Shown: in pieces, positions 19,401 to 29,830 of the stretch
How positions within the stretch are numbered: the stretch's first letter is position 1
How the letters are laid out: the number at the start of each line of letters is the position of its first letter
Source of the DNA: a virus
Virus genome (UHGV): UHGV-1709118
DNA: 61,628 bases
Reading direction: 5' to 3' (one strand)
Translations under genes and position numbers: made by a program
Notes under the pieces: model-generated
Told to the model about the DNA's origin: nothing
The model's database searches: none
The model's input: the letters and a program-made list of their open reading frames with translations, nothing else

Positions 19401-22400
19401 TTTCAGGAGAATCATCTGAGCCAGAGCCGCCACCTCCGCCTTTTCCTTTTCCTCCCTTTCCTTTACCACCTTTGCCTTTTCCTCCTCCTCCACCAGAAGG
19501 ACGATTATTATCAGTAGAAATACCATGAGGATTAAGAGTTCCACTGCCAGTTCCTCCTCCCGAAGGGGCAAAGGCTTTTAAACCATTGGCTAAAACTTGT
19601 TGTTGACCAAACTTTTGTAATTCTTGACCTAATAACTCTAAATTACCGCCCACACTATTATCTTTATTAGGAATAGTAACTGTAGGTTTAGCACCTTTAA
19701 TACTTTTAGAATGACCAAGACTAGCATCCATACTAAACATAGGGCTTCCGCCAGAACCACTACCCTTTAAATCAATATGTGCAGAAGGCATATCCCATTC
19801 AAAAGGAATTTTTCCTCCGGTGACTAAAGCTCCAATTTTATCCTTTAGTCCCCCGCCTAAGCCAATACCACCAGGATTATCAACAACGCCAGTTGCCTGA
19901 ATTGAATAATTAAAATTATTAATAGCTTTTCCCAAAGACACCAAAAGTTGTCCTGCTATTTGACACAAACTACCAATACTAGCCTGTGATTCAGCGGCTA
20001 GACCATTAACTGCAGAAGAAGCAATACTTGTATTTCCTTGCATGGCACTGGCTAATTGACTTTGAGAAGTAATTAAACTAGAATCAAAACCTGCGTTTTC
20101 TGCTTCCATATGGGCCATGATTGCACTAAAAGCTTCAGCATTTGTATCTTTTAAAGACCAAATATCAGCAGCCATAGTGTTACACATATTTTTGAATTTC
20201 GTTGTTGTTGTATCAAAATTATCAGGAAACTCAAGCCAATTTTCATCATTTATATAATTTTTAAAATAATCATAATAAGAAGTAATATCATCTATTGCCT
20301 TTTTAAATCCTTCGGCTTGATCAACTTGTTTTTCCCAAGTATTTAAATTTTGAACTTTTTTCTGAGCATCTTTATAATCTTGTGTAGCTTTAGTTGCATC
20401 ATCAATATTATCAGTAACAACTTTATAACCATCTGCTGTTTTGGTAATATATTTATTAGATTTAGCAGTAATATTCATTAAAGTTTTAGTGCTTTTGACT
20501 GCACCAGCATAATATTCCTGCATATTAGTGCCGCCAGCTTCAACTTCACTAATTAAATCTCTAAAACCATCTGCCAAAGCAGAAGTAGAAGAAATCATAG
20601 TTTTTGCATAATCAAATTCTTTAAGATTATCTATACCATCACTTAATTTTGCAAAATTATCTCCAGTTTCATTAACTCTTTGATTTATTGCATCAAAATA
20701 TTCACTAGCGCTAATCTTTCCCTCTTGAAACGCTTGAGCCTGTCTTCTAAGTGTTTCAGTATTTTTATCAAAATCTTCTCCACTATCTGCACGCTCTTGG
20801 TCAGACCAATTTTTACTACTTTCAATTAAACTACCATAAAGATCAACATACTGCTGAGCATATTCTCTATCAACTTTACCTTTATTTTGCATAGATTCAA
20901 TAGCTTGATCTAATGCCAATTTCTCAGCTTTTTCCATTTCAGTAAAGTCGGTTAAAGATTGAGTAGTTAAAACATACTCATCTCCAACTTTTTTAATATA
21001 TTGAGCATATTCACTATTAGCTTTAATTAGCTCATAGGTTTGATCCATAGTAAGATAGCCCTGTTCTTTATAAGACATCAAAGCTTTTTCTAACGGCTCT
21101 TCACTGGTATTTAAATTTTCTATTTTAGCTTTTGCTGCATCTAATTCAGAAGTATCTACCTTAACTTTAAGGTCTGTATTTTTAGCATTTTCAATAGCTT
21201 CCATTAATTCTCTAAAAGAACCAATGTTTTCTAAATCTAAAGTAAGAATAATATCCCAATCTTCAGCAGTTAATTTATTTAATTGCTCTTCAGTTCCACC
21301 CATTTCAGATTTAATGGTTTCTCTAGCTTGAGACATTCTTTCTGCAATTTGATTAAATAAATCATCAACAGAAATTCCCGCAGCTTCAATGGCAGAACGC
21401 ATTTCATCTGTTAGAGCTAATCCAGCACCTTTAATATCTCCAGAAGATAAAGCTCTAAAAATCTTATCTCTTACTTCATCAAAAGATTCATCATCTAATA
21501 CTGGACGAATAACCATTTCATAATACTGGTTATCAGTAGGATATATTAATTTTCTTAATTCTGCTAATTTATCCTGCATATCTGCAATCATTGACGGATC
21601 GGCCACAATTGCGCCAGAATCAACAGCACCTAAGTAATTAGCATAGTCTTGTTCTAATTCAGCTAAATCTTCTCCTACTTCAGAAGTCATTTGTGCGGTA
21701 GCTTCTGCTATTTGTTGCGTCCAATTCTGATATTGGTCTAATGCTTTTGCCTGTTGGTCAGAATTTAAACTATTATACCATTTATCTAAATCTTCTTGCG
21801 TTTTGAAGTTAGAGGTATCGGCACCAGTTTTACCTTTTGGTTCTACCTTATAAGTCTTGTCATATTTTTTGTCAAAATTATCCGCAATAGCATAAGCCAT
21901 TTCTGCTTGTTTAGCTTTAACTATACGCTCTCTTAAAGTAGCTTGTCTCTCTAAAGAAGCTTCTTGCTGTTTTAAATTAGCTAGCTCATCTTGTTCAACA
22001 AGAGACAAAGAATCTTTAGACTCTAATTCTTCTATCTTTTGTTTAGTTTGCTCTAAAGAACTATTTAACTCATCTAATTTGCTCTTTTGGTCAGTATAAT
22101 TTTGAGTAGCATCCGTAATAGCTTGGCTAGCTTCTTTTTGGGTTACAACTAAAGCATCAACTATTTTTACAATAGCAACTATTGCAAGCGGAATACCTAC
22201 CAAAACACCTAAACTTGCTAAAACCGCCGCTGCAAAATTTTGTTCTGCTAAGGTCGCAAGTCTAGTAGCTGCTGCATGAGCTAATTTCGCAGCTATATTT
22301 CCTTCTTCCGCGGCAGTTGCTAATTTTGTGACAATAGTTCCAGCTAGAGTGGTTGCATTAGCACCAGCCTGAACTGCTTTTAAATCAGCTAATCCTTTAA

Positions 22401-25014
22401 TTAAACCATTAAAAAGACTACCACCACTCATCGCAATCATACCCAAATTGGTTAAAACTTGAGTAAAAGCTTGACCAACAGTAATATTACCTTCTGTAAC
22501 ATCTTGAAAAACTTTGCCCATATTGCTTGCCGCAGAAAGAGCCATTCCAAAATTCATAAGATGATTAGACATACTTACAACTGCTGTAGCCCAATTTTGA
22601 TTACTACTATAACCAGTTTGCAAAGTTTGTACAAATTGTTTCACTTTTTCTTCTAATAATCGAGTCTTATCTGCTGCATCCATTTCTGATGCAGACAACT
22701 CTTTCATTGAAATAATAAACTGATTAATAGCTTCAGGATTACCTCCTAAATCCATTAAAGCTTGTTTTAAAACTTGTAAACCACGAGTTGCTTCACCAGA
22801 TTGAACACCTAAATTGCCAAGAAATTCCTGTAATTTTGGTGTAGACCAATTTTGCATTTCTTCTTTCCATAAGCCAGTTTTTTGAATTAATTCTTGTAAA
22901 ACATTTGAAGTTTCTTTTTGATCTAAATTTAAATTGGCATAAGCTCTTCTAACAGAATCAATAGAAGCAGCCTGAGAAGCAAGTTTTTGCATATTAGCAG
23001 TAATCTTTTCAACTGTTGTATTTACGTCGGTAAAAGCTTGACCGTTTTTAAATATATAAGGAATATCAATATTTATTTTTGCGCTATTAGATACACTAGA
23101 ATTAAATTGTTGAATCCTTTGTTTGAACTTATCTTCCCATCCTGGTTTTGGTTCTATATCTAATAATATAGTAGTTTTATATTCTTCCATATTACCAAGT
23201 AAAGAAGTCTGCTTTTGAGCAGAAGCTACCACTTGCTGACGTAAAACTTCAATGGTACTTAAATCTTGATTAACCTTAGCCATTTGACTTTGATCATAAT
23301 TTTTAGTATATTTATTAATCATACCTTGCAATTGAACTTTTTCTCGCATTAGAGAAATTTCAGTTTCTAAAGCACGATTACCACCAATTATAATATCAAG
23401 ATTTTCCGCTTCAGCGACAGTTTGTTCTTGTAGGCTTCTTGTTAATTTTCCTTGATAACCTGTCATAATCTGAATATTAGTAGCAAAATTTTGTAAACCA
23501 TTTATCAATTTACCGCTATAAACAGAAGTAAGAACAGAACCAACAACCAAAGCAATACCTTTTAATCCACCTAAAGCATTAACAACTTGTGCTATTCCGC
23601 TTAAAAGTGGAGTTAAAACATCATCAATAGCAACAATGCTCTCAGGATTCAAAATGCTATCATAAATATCTTCAGCCGCAGCTTTAACTCTTTTTCTTGC
23701 AGCTTCCCAAGATTCTGCATAAATATCAGCTTGTTTATTTAATTCACCCTCAGAATTTTGAGCAACTTTTAAATTATCTTCAAAGAAATCCCAGTTATCC
23801 ATTAAAGAAACTAGCTGATTATATTGACGAACACCAGCTACTGTTTGTGCTAATGCTACTTGCTGGTCTTTTGCTAAAGTACCCCATTTTGCGCCTATAT
23901 CATCTAAGATAGAATCCATATTACGCAATTCACCATTAGAATCTTTAATTAAAATGCCAACTTTACTTAAAGCTTCCGAATATTTATTTAAATCAGTACC
24001 ATCTTCAAGAGTTTCCCCTAAATTTAAACCTTGAATACGAGCAAAGATAGTTTTTAAAGCAGTACCAACGACATCTTCACTTTGACGAGTTGTAGCAGTA
24101 ATTGTTGCCAAAGCAGAAGCAGCATAATCAAAGCTCAATCCAATCATGTCTGCGATTGATGCAAACTTCTCTAAACCACCTGCAATCTCATCCGAACTAG
24201 AAGCAGTAGCAGCACCTAATGCCACCATCGCATCAGCATAATGCTCTAATGATTGTGAACCATCATAGAAGTTATTCCAAACCGCAGTTAATTGGTCAGA
24301 AACTACTTGAGCACTTTCATTTGCGGCATTAGCCATTTTAATAGTAATATCAGTTCTATCAAGAACTTCTTTATCATTTAAACCTTGCTGATAATATATC
24401 AATGCTGCGTCCGTATAATCTGTTGTTGTTGTACTTAAATTTTTTGCAGCACTATTAGCTTGAACTGCAAAATCAGCCATTTGTTCAGCTGACTGTCCAG
24501 TAACAATTCTAATAGAATTTAAAGATTTGTCTAAAGCTTTAGAATACCCAACACAAGTATTTAAAGCTCCCATAAATCCATGTAACGCACTTGAAGTTAA
24601 TTGCCAACGAGCAGTATTTTTCATTGTTGTCCACAATTCATCTAATACTTTATTAGTACGTCTCATCGGTAATTCCGCAGAAGTAACTGCTTGCGCAACT
24701 TTCATAAAAGCTTGCTGACCAGTAGGGCCTAATTGAGATAATTGCTTAGCATAATCACTAATGGTCATCTTACTATTAGCTAAATTTCTATTAAAAGTTA
24801 CTAAATCTAATTTTCCTGTTTCTTGATTAGTAGCAGTTTTTAAATTATTAGCTAATTCTAATGCAGATTTAGATGCTTCCCGCATACCCTGAGTCATTTG
24901 AGTAGTTGAAGAAGTACCTAATTTTTGTAAAGCTTTTACAGCATCATTTAAAGACGCTTTTAATTGTGAAGTATCGCCAGTAAAGCCTACTTCATAATTA
25001 AGTCTTTTAGCCAT
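16441..25014 (-). CDS. tail tape measure protein
   Basis: 2857-aa, largely helical/coiled-coil ORF between chaperone-like gene and tail tip genes; internal Gly/Lys low-complexity tract. Confidence 0.8.
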   Translation of the reverse strand: MAKRLNYEVGFTGDTSQLKASLNDAVKALQKLGTSSTTQMTQGMREASKSALELANNLKTATNQETGKLDLVTFNRNLANSKMTISDYAKQLSQLGPTGQQAFMKVAQAVTSAELPMRRTNKVLDELWTTMKNTARWQLTSSALHGFMGALNTCVGYSKALDKSLNSIRIVTGQSAEQMADFAVQANSAAKNLSTTTTDYTDAALIYYQQGLNDKEVLDRTDITIKMANAANESAQVVSDQLTAVWNNFYDGSQSLEHYADAMVALGAATASSSDEIAGGLEKFASIADMIGLSFDYAASALATITATTRQSEDVVGTALKTIFARIQGLNLGETLEDGTDLNKYSEALSKVGILIKDSNGELRNMDSILDDIGAKWGTLAKDQQVALAQTVAGVRQYNQLVSLMDNWDFFEDNLKVAQNSEGELNKQADIYAESWEAARKRVKAAAEDIYDSILNPESIVAIDDVLTPLLSGIAQVVNALGGLKGIALVVGSVLTSVYSGKLINGLQNFATNIQIMTGYQGKLTRSLQEQTVAEAENLDIIIGGNRALETEISLMREKVQLQGMINKYTKNYDQSQMAKVNQDLSTIEVLRQQVVASAQKQTSLLGNMEEYKTTILLDIEPKPGWEDKFKQRIQQFNSSVSNSAKINIDIPYIFKNGQAFTDVNTTVEKITANMQKLASQAASIDSVRRAYANLNLDQKETSNVLQELIQKTGLWKEEMQNWSTPKLQEFLGNLGVQSGEATRGLQVLKQALMDLGGNPEAINQFIISMKELSASEMDAADKTRLLEEKVKQFVQTLQTGYSSNQNWATAVVSMSNHLMNFGMALSAASNMGKVFQDVTEGNITVGQAFTQVLTNLGMIAMSGGSLFNGLIKGLADLKAVQAGANATTLAGTIVTKLATAAEEGNIAAKLAHAAATRLATLAEQNFAAAVLASLGVLVGIPLAIVAIVKIVDALVVTQKEASQAITDATQNYTDQKSKLDELNSSLEQTKQKIEELESKDSLSLVEQDELANLKQQEASLERQATLRERIVKAKQAEMAYAIADNFDKKYDKTYKVEPKGKTGADTSNFKTQEDLDKWYNSLNSDQQAKALDQYQNWTQQIAEATAQMTSEVGEDLAELEQDYANYLGAVDSGAIVADPSMIADMQDKLAELRKLIYPTDNQYYEMVIRPVLDDESFDEVRDKIFRALSSGDIKGAGLALTDEMRSAIEAAGISVDDLFNQIAERMSQARETIKSEMGGTEEQLNKLTAEDWDIILTLDLENIGSFRELMEAIENAKNTDLKVKVDTSELDAAKAKIENLNTSEEPLEKALMSYKEQGYLTMDQTYELIKANSEYAQYIKKVGDEYVLTTQSLTDFTEMEKAEKLALDQAIESMQNKGKVDREYAQQYVDLYGSLIESSKNWSDQERADSGEDFDKNTETLRRQAQAFQEGKISASEYFDAINQRVNETGDNFAKLSDGIDNLKEFDYAKTMISSTSALADGFRDLISEVEAGGTNMQEYYAGAVKSTKTLMNITAKSNKYITKTADGYKVVTDNIDDATKATQDYKDAQKKVQNLNTWEKQVDQAEGFKKAIDDITSYYDYFKNYINDENWLEFPDNFDTTTTKFKNMCNTMAADIWSLKDTNAEAFSAIMAHMEAENAGFDSSLITSQSQLASAMQGNTSIASSAVNGLAAESQASIGSLCQIAGQLLVSLGKAINNFNYSIQATGVVDNPGGIGLGGGLKDKIGALVTGGKIPFEWDMPSAHIDLKGSGSGGSPMFSMDASLGHSKSIKGAKPTVTIPNKDNSVGGNLELLGQELQKFGQQQVLANGLKAFAPSGGGTGSGTLNPHGISTDNNRPSGGGGGKGKGGKGKGGKGKGGGGGSGSDDSPEIEDEEIFDDRYHDINNRLEEQSQLLDKIDTAKDRAFGVKKLEKYKEKIEAINKEQELYKEKLEKTEEYLKEDLTDLQKNFSGVKLNIDSDSKALLNYEDLEKWAIEEYNKVVRKYNALGSKTAQESFKDTLDAAKKTLDLRKEILEQYENDQKQRVELLENIAEEARKKFDEKLSSINAVIEVKLKIKDFKDTNREIGKNVVEAFGDAVSWGKKPGQIDFFGMQDNLAKAKDLEEHMNQIFNLMSESEDSADFESVIDSLEDLHGNIADTVSDLKDWLENLREYLTDVIDAAADRFAQFTDQLDHNGTVLDSVKELLDLQGITYKTGKNFELLQKTIQGRLETATSTAKLQKQWMEKAAEQLAEAEKALAGVTEEDAAYDTLKNNRDALLKQFNESQEAMLDAAKEAMETAREYYTNAIEKAAYDFEQAISGGMGLELLQQKYDNLISKEERYLDKVNETYEVSKWNRQLQKAIDEETNEASKNRLKTLQKEIEVRREGNKLSKYDLDILEAKYQMTLAQNALDEAQNAKNSVRLVRNESGNWDYQFTADQSKIDEATQKYEDAANNYYNIAKDQVKNMMDEILQLKQDTLDQIKDVYEDESLTEEERGEKIAEIRRNANDKILYIQQEYQVSLEDMTDAGGEIITEYGNTYNDVMKIMQMGTSDFTAYFETALDEMENAADNYNSTMEEVTGTTGSNVDALKQIIDDTTKSTQDLTTAGTQAADAVWKKIEEVRQASEQWSNYAACVRQALDTLYEMSNFVTTRTVAASVGDMKGYNSNIDYSSVMNDYLSQGGQVGDEIFKSLEYQRYLKILGENFEQGKQYIYSNEDYYNKQNDPEFQKWLKDNGGTGKYEDFVKSHTIGYATGGYTGSFDNEDGKLAFLHEKELVLNQEDTENILSAVSAVRTLGPNLFKQIERILDNNIMAGQNLLNARMASSTTISSDGQIVEQIVHIQADFPGVSSAAEIEAALNNIVNDAAQYASIRK

Positions 25015-25052
25015 AATTAATCTCCTTTCACTCTTTGTGCATATAAAAAATT

Positions 25053-25080
25053 AAAGCTCTGAGAAATTTCTCAGAGCTTT
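25053..25080 (-). terminator. hairpin terminator/attenuator between chaperone-like gene and tape measure gene
   Basis: 12-bp stem aaagctctgaga-aatt-tctcagagcttt followed by T-run on minus strand. Confidence 0.55.
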
Positions 25081-25132
25081 AAAAAAATTCTCTATAAAAT
25101 TTTAATATTTATTAGAAATATATTATCTTAAT

Positions 25133-25681
25133 TTAGCCAACAATATTCTTAATTTCAGAAAGAGTCTCTAAACCTTCACCATTCTTAATCTTCTCTAAAA
25201 TTTCAGTAAACTGCTCATCCATGCCACCCGCATTATCAGAAATCATATTTAACATTCCGGCAAAAGAATTATTAAATCTTGCAATATCGGCAATAGTTTT
25301 ACTAACAGCATTAGTTAAAAAATTGAACTCAGACTCAGGAATGGCACTCATAATTCTAGTAAAAACTCCATTACTTTCTAACACATCATAAGTTTTAGCT
25401 GCATTTTCAATTTGCTTATCAGTAAAAGTAATTCCTGCGTAATATTTAGCAATAGCAAGAGCAAAATAAGTCTCAATTCTAATTTCACTAAAACAACCAG
25501 TCTTTTCATCAATCGTATTTTCCGCAACAAAAGTAATTAAAGCCGCCTTTTGCTCAATCGGTAAGTATTGACGCACTTCTACTTTAAGTTCCTCATCAAG
25601 TTCTGGATTAAGATAAATAGTTGTATATTCATCTTTCATCTTCATTTTCATATTTAATTTACTAAAAGTAACTTTAGACAT
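25133..25681 (-). CDS. tail assembly chaperone candidate
   Basis: 182-aa acidic helical ORF directly upstream of tape measure. Confidence 0.4.
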   Translation of the reverse strand: MSKVTFSKLNMKMKMKDEYTTIYLNPELDEELKVEVRQYLPIEQKAALITFVAENTIDEKTGCFSEIRIETYFALAIAKYYAGITFTDKQIENAAKTYDVLESNGVFTRIMSAIPESEFNFLTNAVSKTIADIARFNNSFAGMLNMISDNAGGMDEQFTEILEKIKNGEGLETLSEIKNIVG

Positions 25682-25745
25682 TTTTAAATCTCCTTTTTAT
25701 CATTTCTATTTTTATTATACTACTTATTTAACAAAAAAGCAAATT

Positions 25746-27152
25746 TTAAATAGATATTCCATTCGCTGCTGTTAAATATTTTCTTAAATTAGAACTAACA
25801 TATCTACCACTAATATGACCTTGCATTGCAATACTATTAATTTGATTATAAGCTCTTTTTACACGAACAGCTTTATTCGCTTTATTTGTTATATCTTTTT
25901 GACCAACCCAACTATTATCAACAGCACTTTTAGTCAAAGAAATACTAAATAAATCACCACTACTTAAAGAACCATATAAATTTCCTTCTCTAACCGCATT
26001 TTTAGCATCATTAACTATATCAGCTAATATAGCTAATATTGGATATGCTCTAAAATTATATACTAATACTCTTTGTGCTTCAGCAGTATTAAAACCAATT
26101 AAAAAGTTTTCTGCAAATTTAGCAATTAAATCCTGCCGAATAATTCTAAAGTTAGTATCCAATGCTCCTGATTCTTGTCCGGCGCTAAAAGCTAAAGTAT
26201 TATATATTTGATAATCAATTGAGTTTCCACCACCATACAATTGATGTAAAGCTGGAATTAAGAAAGAATTTTTTCCAGAATAACTTGTTAAAGACAAACC
26301 TCCCGCTGTTCTATAAGTCTTTACAGTAGCAAAAGTTTCTACATCAAAAGTATCATAAAGTTCAACACCTTGGCTGCCTTGTGAACCGCCCATATCATAA
26401 GAAAAATATGAATTTCCTAAACTAATATCCGCGGATTTAGATTGAATTTCCTTAAATTCTCCACTAAAACTTACTCTAATATTTTGTGATTGAGTACCAA
26501 GTAATAAGTCTTTTACTTCTGTGTCACTTTTAGCTTCAGCGTATGTCCCTATTAAAGCCGCTAAAGCTTCTGAAGGTTTAGTTAAAATTGAATTTAGAGT
26601 ATTCCGATAATTTTCTCCATTCATAGCAGCTTCAATAACTTTCATAAAAGCTTGAACATTAATTAATTCATTTATAGAAATATCAGAATAAATTTGTTGA
26701 GGATTATCTTTTAACATTTCATATAAAGCAACAGCATCTTTATTTTGATGGAAAACAGCTATTATTTGAGCCAATGATTTTATTGCCCCATCTTTATCTC
26801 CTGATTTTAAAGCTGCAACATATCCATCAACTCCCATATTATATCCACCAATATTTCCTCCTAATTTGCTTGCAGCTTTATTATATTCTTCAACAATTTT
26901 ATTTTCTATTTGTTTTTCCATTTTTTCAAATTTTGCTAATTCCATACCTTCTATAAAAGCTTTCTTTTTAGCATCTGTTTGTTGGCTAGCGAGTTGCGCC
27001 TTCATCATATTTAAATATCTTGTTTTAATAGCTGCCATTTTATTTGTTGTTTGAGCATAAGGAGTTAAAGTTCCTCCTATATAATGTTCAGGTTTACTAT
27101 GAATATTAGGATAGCTAGTTCCATCATATTCAAAAACAAAATCACTACTCAT
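25746..27152 (-). CDS. tail structural protein, role unknown
   Basis: 468-aa ORF between major tail candidate and chaperone. Confidence 0.35.
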   Translation of the reverse strand: MSSDFVFEYDGTSYPNIHSKPEHYIGGTLTPYAQTTNKMAAIKTRYLNMMKAQLASQQTDAKKKAFIEGMELAKFEKMEKQIENKIVEEYNKAASKLGGNIGGYNMGVDGYVAALKSGDKDGAIKSLAQIIAVFHQNKDAVALYEMLKDNPQQIYSDISINELINVQAFMKVIEAAMNGENYRNTLNSILTKPSEALAALIGTYAEAKSDTEVKDLLLGTQSQNIRVSFSGEFKEIQSKSADISLGNSYFSYDMGGSQGSQGVELYDTFDVETFATVKTYRTAGGLSLTSYSGKNSFLIPALHQLYGGGNSIDYQIYNTLAFSAGQESGALDTNFRIIRQDLIAKFAENFLIGFNTAEAQRVLVYNFRAYPILAILADIVNDAKNAVREGNLYGSLSSGDLFSISLTKSAVDNSWVGQKDITNKANKAVRVKRAYNQINSIAMQGHISGRYVSSNLRKYLTAANGISI

Positions 27153-27205
27153 ATTTTCTCCTTAAAGCAAAAAATAGGGAAGAGTAAAACTCTTCCCTAT
27201 TTTTA

Positions 27206-27454
27206 TTAATCAGTTAATTTAGAACCATCAATAATATATTTAGTATCATTAATAGTAACTTCCGCAGTAGAACCAATCTTAATTAATAAAGCATAATCAG
27301 AATCAGTTCCATCATACTCCTTAGTCTTGGTATAAATGCCACCAACTTCAGTGATATTAACATCACCTTTATTATAATAATATTTTAAAGCTTCATTCTT
27401 TTGAATAATAGTAGCACCATTTTTAGGAATAATATTATTTAATCTAACAAGCAC
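27206..27454 (-). CDS. hypothetical small tail-module protein
   Basis: 82-aa ORF. Confidence 0.35.
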   Translation of the reverse strand: MLVRLNNIIPKNGATIIQKNEALKYYYNKGDVNITEVGGIYTKTKEYDGTDSDYALLIKIGSTAEVTINDTKYIIDGSKLTD

Positions 27455-27594
27455 ATACTTATTTAAAGTATCTTCTGTTGCTATATCCCCAAATAGCCCT
27501 TGATATTCTGCGGGAATATCAGTTTTATCTACAGTACCAACTAAAGAATAGGTATTCCCTAGTTGACTAATTTTAACATTACTATTTGGGGTAA

Positions 27595-28536
27595 TTAAAA
27601 AACCGCCTTACAATTCTCGCGGTAAGCGGTATCTTCACCAGTGCTATCTTCAATTACCTGAATAGCAGCAAGAACCTTTTTAGTAGGATCAAACTTAGTG
27701 TATCCAGGGAAAGCATCCATAGTAAAGGTAAAGGTAGAAGGATCGCCAGAACTTGCCATAGAGAAAGTAAAGTTAGACTGAATCTTACCATTAGGAATGA
27801 TGAACTCAGCAGGCATGTCAACACCATCAGACTCTCTACGGAATAAAGTAGAACCTTCTAGGTAATAACTACCAGCAAATTCATCAGGAGTAATTTCAAT
27901 CATCTTAGCATTGCCAGTCTTCTTAACATAATAGTCAACAAGAACAACAGAACCTTCAGCTAATTTCTCAACACCTTCAGCATCAGCGTAACAAACAATA
28001 GTAGTTTTCTTCTTAGTGTCATCATAAGTCATAGAAGCAGGGACACAAGGCTCAACTTTAACTTCACCGGCATCATCAAGAGCCATGCAGAAAACATCTG
28101 CTTCCTTATGGAAATCATAATTTGTTCCTGACTTATCCCCTTCTTGCGCACGTCCGCCATTCCAGCAAATTTTACCATCAACAGCAAATTTGCCTTCAGC
28201 ATCAACCTGCACTTGAGAAGTAGTATGAACATAAATAGGGGCTTCTGCAGAAGCATCCATCAAACCAGCACCGGAAAGAATTGCAAAACTTTCAGGGGAA
28301 AGCAATGCATCTTCCATTGTAAATGTAAGAGTCTTCTCACCTTCCCAGGCAATTAATCTAGAGTTACCACGTCCGCCTTGAGCATAAACTGTGGTAGCTT
28401 GACCTTCTAAGCTAGAAGTCTTTAAAGTATCAAAATAAAGAACAGGCTCATTCTTATAAAAAGTACGAGCACCTAGAGTTTGTCTTGCTTTAGCACGTAA
28501 CACAACATCACAGATCTCGCGTACACCAAATCTCAT
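27595..28536 (-). CDS. major tail protein candidate
   Basis: 313-aa ORF, GC-rich relative to neighbours like the capsid gene, located between connector genes and tape measure. Confidence 0.45.
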   Translation of the reverse strand: MRFGVREICDVVLRAKARQTLGARTFYKNEPVLYFDTLKTSSLEGQATTVYAQGGRGNSRLIAWEGEKTLTFTMEDALLSPESFAILSGAGLMDASAEAPIYVHTTSQVQVDAEGKFAVDGKICWNGGRAQEGDKSGTNYDFHKEADVFCMALDDAGEVKVEPCVPASMTYDDTKKKTTIVCYADAEGVEKLAEGSVVLVDYYVKKTGNAKMIEITPDEFAGSYYLEGSTLFRRESDGVDMPAEFIIPNGKIQSNFTFSMASSGDPSTFTFTMDAFPGYTKFDPTKKVLAAIQVIEDSTGEDTAYRENCKAVF

Positions 28537-28557
28537 GTTTATTTTCCTCCTTATAAA

Positions 28558-29292
28558 TTAATGAATGTTTTTCATCCAATTTTCCGCATCTTGTTTGGGG
28601 TCTCCACCTGCGAGCCTAACCCGCAAATTTAAATCCCATTCAATAAACAGATTATATCTTTCAACCAAATCAAATAGTTGATATATTGTTAAAGCCAGAC
28701 AATTTTCTAAAGACATAGAGGAAATCCCTATTGTTAAAATAGAAACATATCTGCTTAACACGCTTTCTTGATTTTTTCCCTTTAATTCCGCAACTCTTTT
28801 TCTGCCTTTCATTAATTTATCAGCAATTTTTTTTGCAGCTTCATTCGCAGGATTATAAACAACATTATCTCCCTGAAAAATACTACTTATACAAAACATT
28901 TGTTTTAATATTTCTTGTAAAAAAACATAATTATTATCATCTATTAAAATGCTTTGTTTTGTTTGCAAATTATTAAGAATAATGCTCTTTGGAGTAATTA
29001 TTGGTTTAAATCCTGGAAACAAAAGAGAAAGTAAAGTTATTAAAGCTATTTTCTTCTCAGCATCTTCTGATTGTTCAATAACTTTCATCAATACTTGAAA
29101 ATTTGTTAAACTCTGTAAAAGACTTTCGTCCTCTAACAAAGCTTCTTTATTTAAACATAAATAATGAATTGCCATAAAAAAATTTTGTTCACCCATCCTC
29201 GCAATTTCTTTTAATTGCGGTTGATGAATAATTGCTTGTAACTCAGGTATAGGAATATCTACACCTGCCATTAATGCTAATTTAATATCCAT
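28558..29292 (-). CDS. head-tail joining / tail completion protein candidate
   Basis: 244-aa ORF in connector region. Confidence 0.35.
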   Translation of the reverse strand: MDIKLALMAGVDIPIPELQAIIHQPQLKEIARMGEQNFFMAIHYLCLNKEALLEDESLLQSLTNFQVLMKVIEQSEDAEKKIALITLLSLLFPGFKPIITPKSIILNNLQTKQSILIDDNNYVFLQEILKQMFCISSIFQGDNVVYNPANEAAKKIADKLMKGRKRVAELKGKNQESVLSRYVSILTIGISSMSLENCLALTIYQLFDLVERYNLFIEWDLNLRVRLAGGDPKQDAENWMKNIH

Positions 29293-29293
29293 A

Positions 29294-29830
29294 TTAATTC
29301 AAAGGATTAACCTTATCTTCATTACCTCTAACGGCCCAATATCTTAAATTAATTCCTGCAAATTCATTATCTATGAGAATTTGTTCTGCACTAAGAAACT
29401 GTAATTCTCCAATCCCAGTTAAATGTTGTCCATCTAAAATAGAATCTAACTCCCCAGCTATGCGATAAGGTCTTAACTCAAAATCTCCTAAATCCCATGA
29501 ATCATAATGACAAATAATTTTAATATCTATCATATGATTTCTATAATAAGGATTAGTATCATTCGGAACAAAATCATCATAACTAATTCTCAGATAAGTA
29601 GCTTTATCTGGAAAAACAGTAATCTTAGGTATATTAGATATTTGTTTATTTTCAAATAGCTCTTTTATTTGTTGATTATTTAAATCAGGTTTATCTTTCC
29701 AATCCCTAGAAGTATAATAAATTAATTTTAAAATATTTTTATTGGTTAAAATTTTATTTATAATCAAAGCTGTATCTTTGGCCATACCCAAAAAACTAGA
29801 CTTTGGAAATTCATATAAATTTTTTTTCAT
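29294..29830 (-). CDS. head-tail connector protein candidate
   Basis: 178-aa ORF. Confidence 0.35.
   Translation of the reverse strand: MKKNLYEFPKSSFLGMAKDTALIINKILTNKNILKLIYYTSRDWKDKPDLNNQQIKELFENKQISNIPKITVFPDKATYLRISYDDFVPNDTNPYYRNHMIDIKIICHYDSWDLGDFELRPYRIAGELDSILDGQHLTGIGELQFLSAEQILIDNEFAGINLRYWAVRGNEDKVNPLN

Noticed and set aside
18710-19571. Small ORFs inside or antisense to the tape measure gene (18710-18949 plus strand, 19347-19571 minus strand)
   Set aside because: Embedded in the long tape measure reading frame or in low-complexity sequence; no RBS; typical shadow ORFs.
28029-28256. Minus-strand ORFs 28029-28256 and 34390-34617
   Set aside because: Alternative frames inside larger minus-strand genes; basic low-complexity translations typical of out-of-frame reads.
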